A DNA stretch of 64,000 nucleotides from an uncultured Planctomycetales bacterium (GCA_964630825.1 CAZVZR010000005.1:3545-67544), one strand, 5' to 3'. Shown: positions 1 to 11,095, numbered from the stretch's first letter. The notes: generated by a model from the sequence alone, not told the origin. Numbers and translations are program-made.

Positions 1-795
1 TTACGCGTTAAATATGATGAAGAGACAGCACAAACAATTATTTCGGGGATGGGTGAGTTGCATTTGGAAATTATTATTGACCGCATGAAACGCGAATTTA
101 ATTTGGATACGAACATTGGCCGGCCGCAAGTTGCCTATAAAGAAACGGTCACACAAAAAGTGTCAGGAGTAGAAGGCAAATTTATCTCTCAAACCGGTGG
201 CCGCGGCCAATATGGCCATGTTGTCATTGATGTGGAGCCGGCGGAAGAACCAGGTAAAGGTGTAACCTTCGTTGATAAAATCAGGGGTGGATCGATTCCT
301 CGGGAGTTTATTGCTTCAGCAGAAAAAGGTATTATGTCAGGTATTTTGTCCGGGGTGGTTGCCAGTTACCCAGTTACAGATATTACGGTTACATTGGTGG
401 ATGGTTCATATCACGAAGTCGACTCAAGCGATATTGCGTTTCAATTGGCTGCGCGCACGGCATTAAAGGAAGCATTAGCAAAAGGTAAATCGGTTTTGCT
501 CGAGCCTATTATGGATATTGAAGTTGTTTGCCCCGAAGATTATATGGGCAGTGTTTTGGGTGATCTTAATTCTCGACGGGCAAAAATTACTGAACTTGGG
601 TCGCGGAGTAATTTAAAAGTGGCTCGTTGTGAGGTTCCATTGGCAGAAATGTTTAATTATATCAATACGCTGCGCTCCATGACTCAAGGGCGCGGAACCA
701 ATTCAATGGAACCGGCTTTTTACGCTCAGGTGCCTCATCATGTTGCCGAAAAAGTTGTTGGTGAACGGCAGCAAATGGCACCGAGGAGATTATAA
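1..795 (+). CDS. fusA: elongation factor G, C-terminal fragment (5' end lies upstream of window)
   Basis: The frame-1 translation from nt 1 (LRVKYDEETAQTIISGMGELHLEIIIDRMKREF...) has no upstream stop in the window. EF-G domain IV/V motifs are present. It lies directly upstream of tuf, as in str operons. Confidence 0.9.
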   Translation, partial: LRVKYDEETAQTIISGMGELHLEIIIDRMKREFNLDTNIGRPQVAYKETVTQKVSGVEGKFISQTGGRGQYGHVVIDVEPAEEPGKGVTFVDKIRGGSIPREFIASAEKGIMSGILSGVVASYPVTDITVTLVDGSYHEVDSSDIAFQLAARTALKEALAKGKSVLLEPIMDIEVVCPEDYMGSVLGDLNSRRAKITELGSRSNLKVARCEVPLAEMFNYINTLRSMTQGRGTNSMEPAFYAQVPHHVAEKVVGERQQMAPRRL

Positions 796-846
796 TAAAT
801 CATTATGTTAAAAGTGAAAATTAAATTGTAAACAGGGAGGGATAAA

Positions 847-2043
847 ATGGCTAAAGAAAAATTCGTTCGTAATAAACCGCACTTAAACATTGGGACCATC
901 GGTCACGTTGACCATGGTAAAACAACATTGAGTGCCGCCATCACAACTGTTTTGCACAAAAAAGGGTTGGCTAAAGAAGCACGTTCGTATGATTCCATTG
1001 ATAACGCTCCGGAAGAAAGAGAACGCGGCGTTACCATTAATATTTCGCATTTGGAATATGAAACAACAAAACGCCATTATGCGCACATTGACTGTCCCGG
1101 CCATGCTGACTATATTAAAAATATGATTACGGGTGCCGCACAGATGGATGGCGCCATTTTGGTTGTTTCCGCTGCTGACGGGGCAATGCCTCAGACCAAA
1201 GAGCATATTCTCTTAGCTCGCCAGGTCAACGTTCCGGCTATTGTTGTCTTCATGAATAAGTGTGATCAAGTTGATGATCCTGAACTTTTGGATTTAGTTG
1301 AACTGGAATTAAGAGAGCTTTTAACGAAATATGAATTCGGTGGAGACAAAACACCGATCATTCGCGGAAGCGCCTTGGACGCCTTAAACAATCCGGAAGA
1401 TCCAGTAAAGTCAAAACCCATCCTTGATCTTATGCAGGCTGTCGATGATTTTATTAAAGAACCTGTCCGTGAGTTGGATAAACCATTTTTGATGGCTGTT
1501 GAAGACGTTTTTTCAATTTCCGGCCGCGGTACAGTTGCTACGGGTCGCATTGAAAGAGGAAAAGTAAAAGTCGGCGAAGAAGTTGAAGTCGTCGGCCTTA
1601 AGAAGGAAGTTGCTAAGACCGTTATCACCGGCGTTGAAATGTTCCGTAAAGAGCTTGAAGATGGTCAGGCAGGTGACAACGTTGGTCTTTTGTTAAGAGG
1701 TGTTGATAAGAGCCAGATTGAAAGAGGCCAAGTTTTGTGTGCTCCAGGCAGCATCAAACCGTACACAAAATTTAAATCAAAGTGTTATATATTAACTAAA
1801 GAAGAAGGCGGCCGCCACACAGCATTTTTTAAAGGGTATCGGCCGCAATTTTATTTTAGGACGACCGACGTTACCGGGACGGCTAACCCTCCGGCAGGCA
1901 CAGAAATGGTTATGCCTGGCGATAACGTGGAATTAGAGGTAGAGTTGATCGTTCCTGTAGCCATGGAAAAAGAATTACGTTTTGCTATCCGTGAAGGTGG
2001 CAGGACGGTTGGTGCCGGTGTTATTCATCAAATATTAGGTTAA
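847..2043 (+). CDS. tuf: elongation factor Tu
   Basis: 398 aa with [11 protein letters not shown]-loop, DCPGH and NKCD motifs. An RBS GGGAGGGA sits upstream. Confidence 0.97.
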   Translation: MAKEKFVRNKPHLNIGTIGHVDHGKTTLSAAITTVLHKKGLAKEARSYDSIDNAPEERERGVTINISHLEYETTKRHYAHIDCPGHADYIKNMITGAAQMDGAILVVSAADGAMPQTKEHILLARQVNVPAIVVFMNKCDQVDDPELLDLVELELRELLTKYEFGGDKTPIIRGSALDALNNPEDPVKSKPILDLMQAVDDFIKEPVRELDKPFLMAVEDVFSISGRGTVATGRIERGKVKVGEEVEVVGLKKEVAKTVITGVEMFRKELEDGQAGDNVGLLLRGVDKSQIERGQVLCAPGSIKPYTKFKSKCYILTKEEGGRHTAFFKGYRPQFYFRTTDVTGTANPPAGTEMVMPGDNVELEVELIVPVAMEKELRFAIREGGRTVGAGVIHQILG

Positions 2044-2082
2044 GTATATATTATATTAGAGTAGACTTGAGGTTGATTTGTT

Positions 2083-2385
2083 ATGCAAAAAATACGTATA
2101 AAGCTCAAAGCCTTTGATCATAGACTAATTGATCAATCGGCGCAGGAAATAGTTGATACAGCTATTCGTACAGGGGCGAAAGTTTCCGGCCCGGTTCCTT
2201 TGCCGACCAAGAAAGAACTTTATACGGTTCTTCGCTCACCGGTAATTGACAAGAAGTCTCGTGAGCAATTTAGCATTGCCACGCATAAAAGGCTTATTGA
2301 TCTTGTTGAACCTACGGCAAAAACCGTCGAAGCATTGCGCAAGCTTAATTTACCTGCCGGCGTAGACGTGGAAATAAAGCAGTAG
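2083..2385 (+). CDS. rpsJ: 30S ribosomal protein S10
   Basis: 100 aa starting [19 protein letters not shown], the typical S10 N-terminus. First gene of the S10 operon. Confidence 0.95.
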   Translation: MQKIRIKLKAFDHRLIDQSAQEIVDTAIRTGAKVSGPVPLPTKKELYTVLRSPVIDKKSREQFSIATHKRLIDLVEPTAKTVEALRKLNLPAGVDVEIKQ

Positions 2386-2407
2386 CAGCGAATATTTTAG
2401 GAGAGTA

Positions 2408-3121
2408 GTGATGATTAGCGGTCTTATTGGTAAAAAATTAGGGATGACACAAATCTTTGACAAGGAGGGGAATATTGTTCCTGTCGTTGTCATTGAAGCC
2501 GGCCCTTGTACAGTGCTTGAGCTGAAGGATGCTCCAGCGCGGATCAAGTTGGGTTTCGGGGTGATCAAAGAATCACATGTTAATAAGCCGCTATTGGGAT
2601 TTTTTAAGAAATTGGGAGTTTCTCCTTTACGGACTGTAAAAGAATTTAAATCTTCAGACAACAAAGATTATAAGGTCGGTACTGAGTTAAAAGCAGATGT
2701 ATTTAAGGCCGGAGATTTTGTTGATGTGACTGGAACGACCATCGGAAAAGGATTTCAGGGCGGTATGAAACGGCATGGGTGGCACGGCGGTGATGCGGCA
2801 CATGGTTCAATGCATCATAGGCGCATTGGTTCGGCCGGTTCCAGCGCGGAACCGTCACGTGTACTGAAAGGGCATCGCATGCCCGGGCATATGGGTGATA
2901 CACAAAGGACTATACAGAGTTTGAGGGTTATGGATGTGGACATAGAAAATAATATATTGCTTATTAAGGGTGCGGTTCCTGGGGCAAGTAATTCAACATT
3001 ATTTATTAATCGCTCGAAGAAAAAACAATTTAAGGCTTTGGATGAACAAAAAGTTGTTGTTGTGAAGAAAGTAAATCCCATGAAGCAAGCAAAAGCTAAA
3101 GCAACAGGTAAGGGGAAATAA
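2408..3121 (+). CDS. rplC: 50S ribosomal protein L3
   Basis: Contains the GKKLGMTQIFDKEGN L3 motif. Start is GTG at 2408 or ATG at 2411. Confidence 0.93.
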   Translation: MMISGLIGKKLGMTQIFDKEGNIVPVVVIEAGPCTVLELKDAPARIKLGFGVIKESHVNKPLLGFFKKLGVSPLRTVKEFKSSDNKDYKVGTELKADVFKAGDFVDVTGTTIGKGFQGGMKRHGWHGGDAAHGSMHHRRIGSAGSSAEPSRVLKGHRMPGHMGDTQRTIQSLRVMDVDIENNILLIKGAVPGASNSTLFINRSKKKQFKALDEQKVVVVKKVNPMKQAKAKATGKGK

Positions 3122-3124
3122 TCT

Positions 3125-3751
3125 ATGCCGAAATTAGATGTTTGGACATCTGAAGGGAAAAAAGAAGGCAGCGTTGAACTCCCTGAAACTGTTTTTAAAA
3201 CGCCTGTGGATAAGGGTGTTTTATATCAAGCGGTGTTAAAGTATCTCGCCAGCTCACGTCAAGGAACGGCTTCAACCAAAGGAAGAACTGAGGTAAGCGG
3301 CGGCGGCAAGAAGCCTTGGCGACAAAAAGGTACAGGGCGTGCCCGTGCTGGGTCTATCCGTTCTCCATTATGGCATGGCGGCGGCGTAATTTTCGGCCCA
3401 AAACCGAGAGATTTCGGTTACGATATTCCTAAAAAAATAAAAGTATCGGCTTTGCGGGAAGGGTTGAATGCAAAATTTCAAGACAAAAATTTATATTGTT
3501 TGGAAGACCTAAAGTCTTCATTTGGAAAAACAAAAGAGTTTGCAAAGGTAGTTAAAAGCTTGAAGTTGGATGGAAAAATTTTAGGTGTTTTGGATGGCAG
3601 TGATCAAAGCGTTGAACGTGTCGCAAAAAATATGAACCGTTTTCAATTAATGAGGGCGCAAGATATTAATGCCTACGATATTTTACGCAATAAATATCTT
3701 TTGGTCAGTAAAACAGCTTTGAAAAATTTATTAGATCGGATTAAGCAGTGA
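3125..3751 (+). CDS. rplD: 50S ribosomal protein L4
   Basis: 208 aa, L4 family, in conserved operon position. The stop overlaps the rplW start. Confidence 0.93.
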   Translation: MPKLDVWTSEGKKEGSVELPETVFKTPVDKGVLYQAVLKYLASSRQGTASTKGRTEVSGGGKKPWRQKGTGRARAGSIRSPLWHGGGVIFGPKPRDFGYDIPKKIKVSALREGLNAKFQDKNLYCLEDLKSSFGKTKEFAKVVKSLKLDGKILGVLDGSDQSVERVAKNMNRFQLMRAQDINAYDILRNKYLLVSKTALKNLLDRIKQ

Positions 3752-4026
3752 AAACTTCATACGAGATTATAAGGTCAATTATCCATACCGAAAAAGGGAC
3801 AGCGGCACAGAAAGACCGCAAGTATTTTTTTGAAACGGATCGTTATGCCAATAAGGTTGATATCAAAAGGGCCGTGGAAGAACTTTATAAAGTAAAAGTG
3901 GATAAAGTACATACGGTTATTATGCCAGCAAAATTAAAAAGAGTTCGTTTGCAATTAGGTTACACAACACAGTGGAAAAAAGCTGTTGTGACGCTTAAAG
4001 AAGGCGAAAAGATAGAGGTTACTTAA
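3748..4026 (+). CDS. rplW: 50S ribosomal protein L23
   Basis: 92 aa in operon context. Start overlaps rplD stop (ATGA). Confidence 0.9.
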   Translation: MKTSYEIIRSIIHTEKGTAAQKDRKYFFETDRYANKVDIKRAVEELYKVKVDKVHTVIMPAKLKRVRLQLGYTTQWKKAVVTLKEGEKIEVT

Positions 4027-4028
4027 TC

Positions 4029-4877
4029 ATGGGATTAAAGCGTTTTAAACCAACGACAAGTACATTACGGCATACAATTAGCCCTGATTTTGCCGAAATT
4101 ACAAAATCATACCCGGAAAAATCTCTGCTTAGCCCTTTAAAGAAAAAAGGCGGGCGGAATTCTTATGGCCGCATTACTACGCGTCATCGTGGCGGCGGGC
4201 ATAAACGGATGTACCGGTTGGTCGATTTCAAACGTGATCGTATTGATCAAGAAGCGGAAGTTTTAGCTATTGAATATGATCCTAACCGTACTTGCCGGAT
4301 TGCTTTAATTAAATATCCGGATGGCACAAAATCATATATTCTTGCTCCTGTTGAAATGAATGTGGGCGATAAAATTATAAGTACGATGGAGAAAGAAGTA
4401 GAGCTTAAACCTGGCAACGCAATGCCATTGAAAAATGTTCCGTTAGGGACGGCAATTCACAATATCGAATTAAAACCAGGCCATGGCGGCCAGATTGCCC
4501 GATCCGCGGGAGTCGCCGCGCAGCTTATGGCCAAGGAAGGTGCTTATGCTTTTGTCCGCATGCCGTCGAGCGAAGTGCGGAAAATTAATATTAACTGCCG
4601 CTGTACGTTGGGACAAGTTGGGAATGTTGAGCATGAATCACGTCAATACGGTAAAGCAGGCCGCTTGCGCTGGTTAGGCCGCCGCAGTTTTGTGCGCGGT
4701 GTGGTTATGAATCCGGTTGACCATCCTCACGGTGGTGGCGAAGGTAAATCTCCGCAAGGGAACCCGCATCCGGCAACACCCTGGGGTAAAGCGACCAAAG
4801 GCCTTTTGACACGGAAAAGAAAGAAATATTCTAATCGGTATATTATTCGTAAACGCGCAAAAAAGGTAAGAGAATAA
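4029..4877 (+). CDS. rplB: 50S ribosomal protein L2
   Basis: 282 aa with the C-terminal [11 protein letters not shown]2 signature. Confidence 0.95.
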   Translation: MGLKRFKPTTSTLRHTISPDFAEITKSYPEKSLLSPLKKKGGRNSYGRITTRHRGGGHKRMYRLVDFKRDRIDQEAEVLAIEYDPNRTCRIALIKYPDGTKSYILAPVEMNVGDKIISTMEKEVELKPGNAMPLKNVPLGTAIHNIELKPGHGGQIARSAGVAAQLMAKEGAYAFVRMPSSEVRKININCRCTLGQVGNVEHESRQYGKAGRLRWLGRRSFVRGVVMNPVDHPHGGGEGKSPQGNPHPATPWGKATKGLLTRKRKKYSNRYIIRKRAKKVRE

Positions 4878-4881
4878 AGAT

Positions 4882-5169
4882 ATGCCACGTTCTATTAAAA
4901 AAGGTCCATATATCGAACCAAGTTTACAGAAAAAACTAGAGAGAATTATGTCTTCTGGACGGAAAGAACCCATCAAGACCTGGTCACGGCGCTCTACTGT
5001 AACACCTGATTTTGTTGGTTATACAATAGCCATTTATGATGGGCATAAACATGTGCCAGTTTTTGTAACGGAAAATATGGTTGGGTATAAACTGGGGGAT
5101 TTTGCTCCATCACGAATTTTTAAGAAGCACGGTGGTGTTAAAGCTAAGAAGGCACCAGATAAAACTTAA
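4882..5169 (+). CDS. rpsS: 30S ribosomal protein S19
   Basis: 95 aa starting [15 protein letters not shown] and containing [15 protein letters not shown]. Confidence 0.95.
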   Translation: MPRSIKKGPYIEPSLQKKLERIMSSGRKEPIKTWSRRSTVTPDFVGYTIAIYDGHKHVPVFVTENMVGYKLGDFAPSRIFKKHGGVKAKKAPDKT

Positions 5170-5183
5170 GTTTAGGTAAAACC

Positions 5184-5531
5184 ATGATCGCAAAAGCAAA
5201 AGCACGATATTTACATGAATCACCGATGAAAGTAAGACACGTAATTGACCTTATCCGAGGGAAAGATGTATTGTCTTCTTTAACAATCTTAACTCATGTG
5301 AATAAAGAATGTACAAAGCAAATAAGTAAATTGCTTAATTCCGCCATCAGCAATGCCAAGCAAAAAGGCCTGCTGGAAGAACAGTTGGTGATTTCGCGGA
5401 TTACGGCCGATCATGGCCCAAAGATGAAACGTTGGCGCGCGGCAAGTTTTGGCCGGGCCAAACCGATAGAAAAAAAGACAACGCATTTAATGATAGAACT
5501 TGACCTTAAAACAGAAAAAGGAGTTAAATAA
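5184..5531 (+). CDS. rplV: 50S ribosomal protein L22
   Basis: 115 aa in operon context with the L22 fold pattern. Confidence 0.9.
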   Translation: MIAKAKARYLHESPMKVRHVIDLIRGKDVLSSLTILTHVNKECTKQISKLLNSAISNAKQKGLLEEQLVISRITADHGPKMKRWRAASFGRAKPIEKKTTHLMIELDLKTEKGVK

Positions 5532-5533
5532 CC

Positions 5534-6241
5534 GTGGGACAAAAAGTTTCTCCGATACTTTTAAGAATTCCGTACATAGAAAATTGGCGAAGCCTTTGGT
5601 ATGCAGACAAGAAGGAATTTGTTCAGAATGTCGTTGAAGATTTTAAAATTCGGAAATTTATCAAAAAACGTTTTGAACAAGCCGCTATTTCTAAAATTGT
5701 TATTGAACGGCTAGCAGAAAAGGTCAGGATCATTATTCACACAGCGCGGCCTGGGGTTATTATTGGCCGTCGTGGAGCTGATATAGATCGTTTAAGGGAA
5801 GAATTGGGTAAGATTACTACAAAGGAAATTGCCATTGACCCTAGGGAGATTAAGAATCCCGCGATTGACGCCCAATTGGTCGCCCAGAATATTGCCTTTC
5901 AATTGGAAAAACGTGTTGCGTTTCGTCGGGCTATGAAAAGAGCAATCGATAATGCTATATCTTCTGGCGCGCAGGGAATTAAAATTCGCTGTTCTGGTCG
6001 TTTAAATGGGGCTGAAATGGCCAGGACTGAATCGTACTTGGTTGGCAAGTTGCCGTTGCATACTTTACGTGCACAAATTGATTACGGATTTGCAGAGGCT
6101 TTAACGACGTATGGGCTTTTGGGCATAAAGGCCTGGATTTATAAAGGCGATGTAATTAAAGAAATAAAACGTCAGGGGACACAAGATGCCGCAGGTGCTA
6201 ACACCGGCAGTGCAACAAATAACCTAGTCGGAAAAGTCTAA
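5534..6241 (+). CDS. rpsC: 30S ribosomal protein S3
   Basis: GTG start. (M/V)GQKVSPILLRI plus KH domain. 235 aa. Confidence 0.93.
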   Translation: MGQKVSPILLRIPYIENWRSLWYADKKEFVQNVVEDFKIRKFIKKRFEQAAISKIVIERLAEKVRIIIHTARPGVIIGRRGADIDRLREELGKITTKEIAIDPREIKNPAIDAQLVAQNIAFQLEKRVAFRRAMKRAIDNAISSGAQGIKIRCSGRLNGAEMARTESYLVGKLPLHTLRAQIDYGFAEALTTYGLLGIKAWIYKGDVIKEIKRQGTQDAAGANTGSATNNLVGKV

Positions 6242-6254
6242 GGAATAATTTAAT

Positions 6255-6671
6255 ATGTTAATGCCACGAAAAGTTAAGTATCGCAAGTCACAGAAGGGAA
6301 AGACACGAGGGTTAGCGACGAATGGGTATAGATTGACTTTCGGTGAATATGGGCTAAAGACATTGGAGAACGGGCTTATCCGCGCGAATATTCTTGAGTC
6401 TTGTCGGGTAATTGTTGCCAGAAAGACGAAGGGTGCTGGGAAACTTTGGATCAATATTTTTCCGCATAAACCAGTAACCAAAAAACCTGCGGAAACACGT
6501 ATGGGAAAAGGAAAAGGGGATTTAGACCATTGGGTAGCCAGTGTGCGGCGTGGACGGGTAATGTTTGAAATGAGCGGGATCCCGGAAGATTTTGCAAAAG
6601 TTGTTTTCCGTTTGATTGCGTTTAAGTTACCTGTAAAGACACGATTTGTAAAACGTTCAGAAGTAAGTTAG
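6255..6671 (+). CDS. rplP: 50S ribosomal protein L16
   Basis: Starts MLMPRKVKYRK, the L16 N-terminus. 138 aa. Confidence 0.93.
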   Translation: MLMPRKVKYRKSQKGKTRGLATNGYRLTFGEYGLKTLENGLIRANILESCRVIVARKTKGAGKLWINIFPHKPVTKKPAETRMGKGKGDLDHWVASVRRGRVMFEMSGIPEDFAKVVFRLIAFKLPVKTRFVKRSEVS

Positions 6672-6681
6672 GGGCACTGAT

Positions 6682-6906
6682 ATGAAAACTAAAGAAATTC
6701 GTTTATTAAGTACCGAAGAGTTGTTGCAAAGGCAGAAAGATATTAAAAAGCAACTTTTTGAGCTTCATTATCAGCGCCGGGTTGGTTCCGTTGAGAAACC
6801 TGCGCGGTTTCGAAATTTAAAAAAAGATAACGCACGTATCATGACGATTATTAAGGAAAGAGCTACAGATAATGAGCGAAACACCGACAGAATTAAGACC
6901 AAATAG
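6682..6906 (+). CDS. rpmC: 50S ribosomal protein L29
   Basis: 74 aa helical protein in the operon slot between rplP and rpsQ. Confidence 0.85.
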   Translation: MKTKEIRLLSTEELLQRQKDIKKQLFELHYQRRVGSVEKPARFRNLKKDNARIMTIIKERATDNERNTDRIKTK

Positions 6907-7144
6907 AAGAAAATTTTTTCAAGGGATCGTTGTCAGCGACAAAATGAATAAAACCAGAGTCGTTCAGATTCATTGGACGGCAAAGCATTCTAAATATCTG
7001 AAACCTTTGCGACGGGCCACAAAATTTAAAGCGCATGACGAGAAGAATGAAACTAAAACCGGGGATGTGGTTCAAATCATGGAAACACGTAGGATTTCCA
7101 AAGACAAGCGTTGGATTATTTCGAAGGTGATTCAAAAGAATTGA
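6872..7144 (+). CDS. rpsQ: 30S ribosomal protein S17
   Basis: Contains the [16 protein letters not shown]17 motif. The ATG at 6872 overlaps the rpmC 3' end by 35 nt, so the true start could be internal. Confidence 0.85.
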   Translation: MSETPTELRPNRRKFFQGIVVSDKMNKTRVVQIHWTAKHSKYLKPLRRATKFKAHDEKNETKTGDVVQIMETRRISKDKRWIISKVIQKN

Positions 7145-7151
7145 GATAAAA

Positions 7152-7520
7152 ATGATTTTCTTGAAAACTATATTAGATGTCGTTGACAATTCGGGAGCTC
7201 GAAAAGCGTCGATGATCGGGGTCTTAGAGAAAAAAGGAAGGCATTGTGCGCATGTGGGCGACATTGTCCGCGTAAACATAAAGGAAGCTTCTCCGGATGC
7301 CCAGATTAAGAAGGGGGATAAAGCTAAAGGAATTGTTGTTAGGACAAAAGCAGCTATTAGGCGCTCAGATGGAACATATGTACGCTTTGACAGCAATGCG
7401 ATTGTCATTATTGATGATGCGGGTAATCCTCGAGGGACACGCGTGTTTGGCCCTGTCGCCAGAGAGTTAAGAAATTTGGAATATATGAAGATTGTTTCGT
7501 TAGCGCCGGAGGTTGTTTAA
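7152..7520 (+). CDS. rplN: 50S ribosomal protein L14
   Basis: Starts [18 protein letters not shown], the L14 signature. 122 aa. Confidence 0.95.
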   Translation: MIFLKTILDVVDNSGARKASMIGVLEKKGRHCAHVGDIVRVNIKEASPDAQIKKGDKAKGIVVRTKAAIRRSDGTYVRFDSNAIVIIDDAGNPRGTRVFGPVARELRNLEYMKIVSLAPEVV

Positions 7521-7522
7521 AA

Positions 7523-7834
7523 ATGTTAGGTATTAAAAGAGATGACCAGGTGATGGTTATTGCAGGCAAAGACAAAGGCAAGATTGGAAAGGTTTTGCGG
7601 ATTTTTCCTCAGGAGCGGCGTGCTATTGTCGAGAACATTAATACTGTCAAGAAAGCACAGCGGCGCACACAACAGAATCAAAAGGGCGGTATTATTGAAA
7701 TTGAGGCACCCATACATCTTTCTAACATTATGTTGATTGACAAGAAAACGAATAAACCCACTCGCAGGGGCGCTCAAATATTAAAGGATGGAAGTAAAGT
7801 GCGCATCGGAAAATTAAGCGGGGAGGCTATATAA
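7523..7834 (+). CDS. rplX: 50S ribosomal protein L24
   Basis: 103 aa with a KOW motif ([15 protein letters not shown]). Confidence 0.9.
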   Translation: MLGIKRDDQVMVIAGKDKGKIGKVLRIFPQERRAIVENINTVKKAQRRTQQNQKGGIIEIEAPIHLSNIMLIDKKTNKPTRRGAQILKDGSKVRIGKLSGEAI

Positions 7835-7835
7835 A

Positions 7836-8381
7836 ATGGTACCGCGGTTGCGTAAAAAATATCAGGAAGAAGTGATTCCCCAAATGCAGGATAAGTTTGG
7901 GATCAAAAATGCGATGGCTGTGCCGCGCTTGGAGAAAATTGTTATTAATATGGGCGTTGGTAAGGCGACTGCCGACATAAAGATTTTAGACAGTGCGGTG
8001 GCGGATCTGACAACAATTACAGGCCAAAAACCGATTCTGACGAGATCGAGACTGGCGATTTCAAATTTTAAATTGAAGGAAAACGTACCAATTGGTTGTA
8101 AGGTTACTTTGCGTAAAGCAAAAATGTATGAATTTTTAGACCGGCTGGTTAATGTTTCGCTACCACGCATCCGTGACTTTAACGGTGTACCGCGTAACTC
8201 GTTTGATAAACAGGGGAATTATACTTTTGGCATTAATGAGCAAGCGATATTCCCCGAGATTGACACGGGCAGAATAGCGCATGTTCAAGGGATGGATATT
8301 TCTTTTATTTTCGATAGGGGTCCAAAAGAGCAAACAATGGAATTGTTAAACCTTTTGGGAATGCCTTTTACTAAAAAATAG
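7836..8381 (+). CDS. rplE: 50S ribosomal protein L5
   Basis: 181 aa, L5 family, in conserved position. Confidence 0.95.
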   Translation: MVPRLRKKYQEEVIPQMQDKFGIKNAMAVPRLEKIVINMGVGKATADIKILDSAVADLTTITGQKPILTRSRLAISNFKLKENVPIGCKVTLRKAKMYEFLDRLVNVSLPRIRDFNGVPRNSFDKQGNYTFGINEQAIFPEIDTGRIAHVQGMDISFIFDRGPKEQTMELLNLLGMPFTKK

Positions 8382-8392
8382 GGATTTATTTT

Positions 8393-8578
8393 ATGGCTAG
8401 AAAAGCATTAGTTTTAAAGTCACAGAAAAAAGCGAAATTTTCGACACGTCAACATAACAGATGCCGCCTTTGTGGACGCCCGAAAGGGTTTTTACGGCGA
8501 TTTGGGATGTGCCGCATTTGTTTTAGAGAACTTGCCTGGCGCGGTGAAATCCCCGGTGTTAAAAAGGCAAGCTGGTAA
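8393..8578 (+). CDS. rpsN: 30S ribosomal protein S14, zinc-binding type Z
   Basis: 61 aa with a CxxC...CxxC zinc ribbon ([10 protein letters not shown]...MCRIC). Confidence 0.9.
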   Translation: MARKALVLKSQKKAKFSTRQHNRCRLCGRPKGFLRRFGMCRICFRELAWRGEIPGVKKASW

Positions 8579-8597
8579 TTTAAGGAGCCAAATTTTT

Positions 8598-8993
8598 ATG
8601 TCACTCAATGATCCTATTAGCAATATGCTTTTGATAATTCGCAACGGAGCTCAAGTTCAAAAAGAGACGGTTGATGTTCCGGCATCAAAATTAATTGGGA
8701 GGATTTTAGAGATTTTTAAAACTGACGGTTATATTGAAGACTTTCGTTTAATGAAAAATAATACCCAGGGAACGTATAAGGTTTATTTAAGGTATAAAGA
8801 GAGAAAACCGGCAATCATTGGGCTTAAGAGAATTTCAAGAACAGGTTTACGCATTTACAATAAGCAGCAGGAAATTCCCCGTGTATTAAATGGTTTGGGG
8901 ACAGCCGTATTGTCTACATCAAAAGGTGTTTTAAGTGATCGTGAGGCGCGTAAGGCTAATGTCGGTGGCGAAGTTTTGTGTTACATATGGTGA
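8598..8993 (+). CDS. rpsH: 30S ribosomal protein S8
   Basis: Internal ATG of the 8472 ORF, preceded by an AAGGAG RBS. Protein starts MSLNDPISNMLLIIRNGA. The 8472 start would overlap rpsN in another frame. Confidence 0.93.
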   Translation: MSLNDPISNMLLIIRNGAQVQKETVDVPASKLIGRILEIFKTDGYIEDFRLMKNNTQGTYKVYLRYKERKPAIIGLKRISRTGLRIYNKQQEIPRVLNGLGTAVLSTSKGVLSDREARKANVGGEVLCYIW

Positions 8994-8999
8994 GGAAAT

Positions 9000-9539
9000 A
9001 TGTCAAGAATAGGTAGAGTTCCAGTTAAGGTTCCTAAAGAAGTCAAAATTAAAATTGACCCGACGGCTGTCCATTTGGAAGGCCCGAAAGGAAAACTTCA
9101 ATTAGATATTCCGTCAGGAATAAAAGTGGAACATAAAGAAGAACAGCTTTTTATAACCAGATTGCGTGACGAAAAACAGTCTAGGGCAAATCATGGGACA
9201 ACGCGTGCTTTATTAGTCAATATGATTGAAGGTTTGGTTAAGGGGCACAAAAAGGAACTGGATATTCAAGGAATTGGTTTTCGCGCCCTGCTAAAAGGGA
9301 AACAAGTGGTGTTTAGTTTAGGATTTAGCCATCCCGTAGAATATGATATTCCTGATGATGTTAAGGTCTCTGTTAATAATCAGAATGGTATTATTATTGA
9401 AGGAACGAATAAGAACCGAGTTGGACAAATTGCCGCTACGATAAGGGCGATTAAACCAGCAGAGCCCTATAAAGGGAAAGGTATTCGTTACCTCGGTGAA
9501 CAAATTAGGCGAAAACAAGGTAAATCCGTAACGAAATAG
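9000..9539 (+). CDS. rplF: 50S ribosomal protein L6
   Basis: Starts MSRIGRVPVKVPKEV, the L6 N-terminus. 179 aa. Confidence 0.93.
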   Translation: MSRIGRVPVKVPKEVKIKIDPTAVHLEGPKGKLQLDIPSGIKVEHKEEQLFITRLRDEKQSRANHGTTRALLVNMIEGLVKGHKKELDIQGIGFRALLKGKQVVFSLGFSHPVEYDIPDDVKVSVNNQNGIIIEGTNKNRVGQIAATIRAIKPAEPYKGKGIRYLGEQIRRKQGKSVTK

Positions 9540-9544
9540 GATCA

Positions 9545-9916
9545 GTGAATATGGTTTTAGCGATTAGAGAAAAACAGAGAGTATTGCGCCATTCCAGGAT
9601 TCGAAAAAAATCTTTTGGAACAGCTGAGCGGTTACGCTTGTGTGTTCATCGCAGTTTAAAGAATTTTTATGCGCAAATTATCGATGATGATCAAGGAAAA
9701 GTCCTTTTTGGTATGTCAACGTTAGCCAAAGAGGTTCGCTCAAAGATTAAAGATGCCGGAAATATTCAAGCGGCCACCCAGTTTGGGGAAACATTTGCCC
9801 AGAAGGCCAAGGAAAAAGGTTTTACGAAAGTTTGCTTTGACCGGGGAGGTTATCTCTATCATGGCCGGATAAAGGCTTTCGCCGACGGTGCCCGTAAGGG
9901 TGGATTGGAGTTTTAA
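9545..9916 (+). CDS. rplR: 50S ribosomal protein L18
   Basis: 123 aa with C-terminal [19 protein letters not shown], the L18 signature. Confidence 0.9.
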   Translation: MNMVLAIREKQRVLRHSRIRKKSFGTAERLRLCVHRSLKNFYAQIIDDDQGKVLFGMSTLAKEVRSKIKDAGNIQAATQFGETFAQKAKEKGFTKVCFDRGGYLYHGRIKAFADGARKGGLEF

Positions 9917-9918
9917 AT

Positions 9919-10578
9919 ATGATTAGATCAAAAGAAGATAAGCACGGGAAACCCGGAGATCGCTCCAAGCTAGATATTGCAGGAGGATTAAAGAGCCGTT
10001 CTCGGAAAGAAGAAAAGATTGTCGAGAAAGAATTTGTCGAAGCGCTCGGTGACGGTGAGACAGCTGCCGTAGTCGGCGAAGTAATAGTTGAGCAGGCAAT
10101 TATTCCGCAAATTGTTCCTGTGGTAGCAGAAAAAGAAGCGACGGCAGAATTTGTTGAAAAAGTTGTTTCGATAAACCGTATCACAAAAGTTACAAAAGGT
10201 GGGAAGAAACTTTCATTTAGCGCTTTAGTAATAGTGGGAGATGCGAAGGGCAATGTCGGATACAGTTTGTCAAAGGCCAAAGAAGTTTCAATTGCTATTC
10301 GAAAAGCTTTAGCGAGTGCCAAAAGATGTATGATAAAAATTCCCATGAAGGGAACAACTATTCCACATGAAATTATTGGCCAATGCGGGGGAGCACGGGT
10401 TTTGTTGAAACCAGCTTCCGAAGGTACGGGTGTTATTGCGGCCGGTCCGGTCAGAGCTGTCTGTGATGGGGCAGGGATACATAATATTTTAACTAAGTGT
10501 CATCGGTCTAATAATCCTATTAATGTTGTTAAGGCGACCATGGATGGGTTAAGCCGTCTGAAGGTCAGCCCAAATTAG
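9919..10578 (+). CDS. rpsE: 30S ribosomal protein S5 with an N-terminal extension of about 70 aa
   Basis: S5 core ([23 protein letters not shown]...) preceded by an acidic, Lys-rich extension. Confidence 0.9.
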   Translation: MIRSKEDKHGKPGDRSKLDIAGGLKSRSRKEEKIVEKEFVEALGDGETAAVVGEVIVEQAIIPQIVPVVAEKEATAEFVEKVVSINRITKVTKGGKKLSFSALVIVGDAKGNVGYSLSKAKEVSIAIRKALASAKRCMIKIPMKGTTIPHEIIGQCGGARVLLKPASEGTGVIAAGPVRAVCDGAGIHNILTKCHRSNNPINVVKATMDGLSRLKVSPN

Positions 10579-10591
10579 GTAAATAGTTCAA

Positions 10592-11095
10592 ATGCATCTT
10601 AATGATATCCAGGCTCCCTGGGGAGCAAAGAAAAGAAGGAAAATAGTCGGTCGAGGCAAAGGCTCCGGCCGTGGAAAAACTTCTTGCCGTGGAGTTAAGG
10701 GACAGACATCTCGTTCGGGACGTTGGGTTATTGGTCCTCGGGAAGGCGGTCAGATGAGGCTTATTCGGCGCTTGCCCAAGGTTGGTTTTCGTAGCCGGCG
10801 GCCGGTATTAAATCAGATAGTTACTCTGGAAAATTTAAAGAAATTTAAAGATGGAACAGAAATTACGGCAGAATTTTTAAAATCAGAAGGTTTGATCCAT
10901 TCGATTAACAAGCCTTTTAAGATTTTAGCCGATGGTGATATTAATAAAGCCCTTGTCATTCGGGGAGGATCTATTTCCGAAACGGCAAAAGATAAAATCA
11001 TTAAAGCCGGTGGCAAGATTGAGCTCATTGACAATAGTATTGATAATGCGGAAGTTAAGCCAAGTAAATCAGCTGATAACCAGAAGAAAAAATAA
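10592..11095 (+). CDS. rplO: 50S ribosomal protein L15
   Basis: 167 aa with a Gly/Arg-rich N-terminus (GRGKGSGRGKTSCRG). No rpmD lies between rpsE and rplO. Confidence 0.9.
   Translation: MHLNDIQAPWGAKKRRKIVGRGKGSGRGKTSCRGVKGQTSRSGRWVIGPREGGQMRLIRRLPKVGFRSRRPVLNQIVTLENLKKFKDGTEITAEFLKSEGLIHSINKPFKILADGDINKALVIRGGSISETAKDKIIKAGGKIELIDNSIDNAEVKPSKSADNQKKK

Noticed and set aside
883-1628. Minus-strand ORFs (883-1206 and 1266-1628) inside tuf
   Set aside because: These are shadow ORFs antisense to a highly conserved gene. They have no RBS and low-complexity products.
8472-8597. Upstream extension of rpsH from an earlier ATG
   Set aside because: It would overlap rpsN out of frame. The canonical S8 N-terminus with an AAGGAG RBS begins at 8598.
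9822-10346. 174-aa minus-strand ORF overlapping rplR and rpsE
   Set aside because: It is antisense to the ribosomal operon, and its Ser/Thr/Ala-rich product is typical of reverse-frame artefacts.
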